This document shows, piece after piece, positions 40,948-41,044 of a stretch of 41,044 nt of DNA. Position numbers and translations under genes: made by a program. The first letter of the stretch is position 1. The number at the start of each line of letters is the position of its first letter. This DNA comes from a virus. The DNA lies in IMG/VR virus record IMGVR_UViG_3300010037_000001, positions 1 through 41,044 of that record. One strand, given 5' to 3'. A model generated the notes under the pieces. It made no database searches and had not been told where the DNA came from. It was given only the letters and a program-made list of their open reading frames with translations.

Positions 40948-41044
40948 ATATTGACGTTAATTTGTATCCCATAAATAGATAAAAAATTGCGAGTAGCAGA
41001 AACTAGCCCGGAAACTTCATCTAGTTTTACTCTCCTTAAATCAG
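40944..41044 (-). CDS. C-terminal part of the junction-spanning ORF (..ATRNFLSIYGIQINVNI*)
   Basis: The same frame continues through the repeat. Stop TGA at 40946-40944 overlaps the endolysin ATG (40947-40945) as ATGA. Confidence 0.5.
   Translation of the reverse strand, partial: DLRRVKLDEVSGLVSATRNFLSIYGIQINVNI
40982..41044. repeat. Terminal direct repeat, right copy (identical to 1-63)
   Basis: Exact 63-nt match to the window start, read directly. Confidence 0.95.

Noticed and set aside
1-41044. A lysogeny module (integrase, CI-like repressor, partition genes), or attP at the tRNA-like element.
   Set aside because: No recombinase-like or ParA/ParB-like ORF was recognised. The tRNA-like element contains both acceptor strands rather than a 3' tRNA fragment. 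Lifestyle stays undetermined.

Overview
The window is a complete, circularly closing tailed-phage genome. Bases 1-63 are repeated exactly at 40982-41044, giving a 40,981-bp unit, and a small ORF reads across that junction. The genome is AT-rich, densely coded and podovirus-like, with no tape-measure or tail-tube module recognised.

Minus strand:
- A short leftward unit at 25669-24583.
- A long late operon at 24454-1087: cold-shock-domain protein, TerS, TerL, portal, scaffold, Mu gpT-like major capsid protein, beta-helix and fibre proteins, and two very large virion proteins. One of these carries CHAP-like and lysozyme-like segments.
- A lysis cassette (small ORF, amidase endolysin, holin) that wraps the contig junction.

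Plus strand (25859-40192), early/middle genes:
- A lambda O-like initiator with five iterons inside its own gene, and a DnaC-like loader.
- A PD-(D/E)XK nuclease, a DnaQ-like exonuclease and two HNH nucleases.
- YopX-like, NinB-like and RuvC-like proteins.
- An RHH regulator and a protein made of an XRE-type HTH fused to sigma-70 region 4.

No integrase, repressor, DNA polymerase, primase, helicase or RNA polymerase was recognised.

Several near-consensus sigma-70-type promoters are visible (TTGACT-17-TATAAT class). Shine-Dalgarno motifs were absent at every start I inspected.

The most unusual locus is 30717-31609. A perfect promoter drives a small HNH gene whose stop codon lies inside a long helix. 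This is followed by about 370 nt of GC-enriched, ORF-free, multi-domain RNA-like structure and then a non-canonical tRNA-like cloverleaf. I could not assign it to a known RNA family by eye.

All functional calls come from motif recognition by eye. No database search was run.
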